This document shows, piece by piece, positions 38,503 to 40,019 of a stretch of 40,019 nt of DNA. The translations under genes and the position numbers were made by a program. The stretch is from the sequence record SRR22947727_5066; one strand, given 5' to 3'. The notes beneath the pieces were generated by a model. That model searched no databases. It saw nothing but the letters and a program-made list of their open reading frames with translations, and had not been told where the DNA came from. The first letter of the stretch is position 1, and each line of letters opens with the position of its first letter.

Positions 38503-38781
38503 ATGAGCGGCCTCCTAATCATTGCATTCTGTATTGCAGCTGCCGTGTGGATTCTCACTGTTAATTTGTGGGTTAGAGTTCAGGAAGACATTACTGAAAA
38601 GGGCGGAAAAGCAGCAAGCAAGCCCCTAAACATCGGACCATTTTTAGATGCACAGAAAATCTACGCGATCTACCGGAAACAAGGGATCAAGCCGCCAAAA
38701 TTTGTTCCAATGTTCCCTTGGATGCTTCTTGCCTCCTGCTTCTGCGTGGCAGGAATCGTTGTGGCTCTGATAAATCAATGA
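38503..38781 (+). CDS. Small membrane protein (2 TM)
   Basis: ATG 38503, 92 aa, hydrophobic N- and C-terminal helices. Confidence 0.6.
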   Translation: MSGLLIIAFCIAAAVWILTVNLWVRVQEDITEKGGKAASKPLNIGPFLDAQKIYAIYRKQGIKPPKFVPMFPWMLLASCFCVAGIVVALINQ

Positions 38782-38850
38782 ATTGAAGAATCACCCTTCG
38801 CCCTTGCCCTCCCCGCATTCTGTGGCACTACTTTATCTTTGTTAAATAAC

Positions 38851-39970
38851 ATGGATGATCTCTCAACAATCGACACGGACGCTTTAAAGGCCCGGCTCAC
38901 TGAGCTGCGGCGGTACCTTTGACTTCGCTGAGCTCGAAAATAAACTGGCCTCTATTCAAGAGGAGATGTCCGCGCCCGGCTTTTGGGACAATCAGGATGA
39001 GGCACAGGCAAAAATGGCCAACGTGTCGACCCTGAAAAAGAAGATCGATCCAATCATCGCGCTCGATTCGAGGATCGATGATATGGAAGTGCTCGTCGAA
39101 ATGGCCCGAGAAGAAGGCGATGAAGCCAGCGCCAAAGAAGTCGTTTCCGAAGCAGCTCAAATTCAAGTCGCGTTGGAAAAAATCCAGCTGCAGACTTTGT
39201 TGAGCGGCCCAAACGATTCGGACAACGCATTCCTTTCAATCAACTCAGGAGCGGGCGGAACCGAAGCCTGCGATTGGGCTGAAATGCTTTTCCGCATGTT
39301 CCTTCGTTGGGGTGATCAAAATGATTTCAAAACAGAGGTCGTCGATCTCCAAGACGCAGACGAAGCCGGCATTCGCGGAGCAACGATTCGGTTCTCGGGT
39401 GAAAGCGCCTACGGATACCTCAACTGTGAGCGTGGCGTTCACCGACTTGTCCGAATTTCGCCTTTCGATTCCCAATCGCGTCGTCACACCTCGTTTGCGA
39501 GTGTTGAAGTGACACCTGATCTGGAAAAGGCCCCCGATATCGAAGTGGCCGATTCCGATTGCGACGTCACCACAATGCGATCTGGCGGCAAAGGCGGCCA
39601 GAACGTAAACAAAGTCGAAACCGGCGTTTTACTGAAGCACAAGCCTTCTGGAATTCAGATTCGCTGCACCGCACAGCGAAGTCAGCTGAAGAACAAAGAA
39701 CTCGCTTTCAAATTGCTCAAAACCAAGCTTTTCCAGATCGAGGAAGACAAAAAGCGCGCCAGAATGGAGCAGGAATACGGCGACAAAGGAGAGATTGGCT
39801 TTGGAAGTCAGATTCGCTCCTATGTTTTCCATCCCTACCAAATGGTGAAAGATCACCGAACCGGTCGCGAGACCGGCAACATTTCAGCGGTGATGGATGG
39901 TGATTTGACTCCGTTCATGGAGGCAAAACTCCGCGGTCAAGTAGGAGGTGCCGATGACGGCGATGTTTAA
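38851..39970 (+). CDS. prfB: Peptide chain release factor 2, expressed by programmed +1 frameshift
   Basis: ATG 38851 frame ends at CTT-TGA-C (38917-38923); the +1 frame continues into the ORF with GAGGTEA, SPF, RRHTSF and GGQ motifs. Confidence 0.96.
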
Positions 39971-39990
39971 ATCGTTTAATTCAACCGAAA

Positions 39991-40019
39991 ACGAAGCAAC
40001 AGGGTCTGTTCATCGAACG
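39991..40019. repeat. Repeat copy 6, truncated by the window end
   Basis: ACGAAGCAACAGGGTCTGTTCATCGAAC matches the left arm and loop of the 45-nt element. Confidence 0.8.

Overview
Bacterial chromosomal window of about 50% GC, most likely from the Verrucomicrobiota/PVC group. This placement is inferred from the PSD1-cytochrome c/DUF1501 pair, the ThuA, sulfatase and SHD1-like proteins, and mostly SD-less starts. Intact housekeeping or metabolic genes are malQ, mdh, PPi-dependent phosphofructokinase, topoisomerase III, a CCA-adding enzyme, a DEAD-box helicase, ParA, rpsA, and prfB with its programmed +1 frameshift. Between them lie accessory genes, an unusually large share of which are decaying: a VapBC-type TA pair, an LTA-synthase-like protein, a pectate lyase, an AAA+ fragment, AIM24, a cytochrome c peroxidase and a small hypothetical gene. 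The most notable non-coding signals are three. (i) A dispersed intergenic repeat family occurs at six loci, either as an exactly 45-nt imperfect palindrome or as 22-nt-period tandem units, sometimes abutting start codons. (ii) The rpsA 5' leader is highly structured, with a three-way junction, two CUUG tetraloops and a U8 tail. (iii) An 87-nt, ~95% A+T island sits next to one repeat copy with no intact gene start to serve. I recognised no tRNA, rRNA, CRISPR array or transposase. All product calls come from motif recognition by eye; no searches were run.
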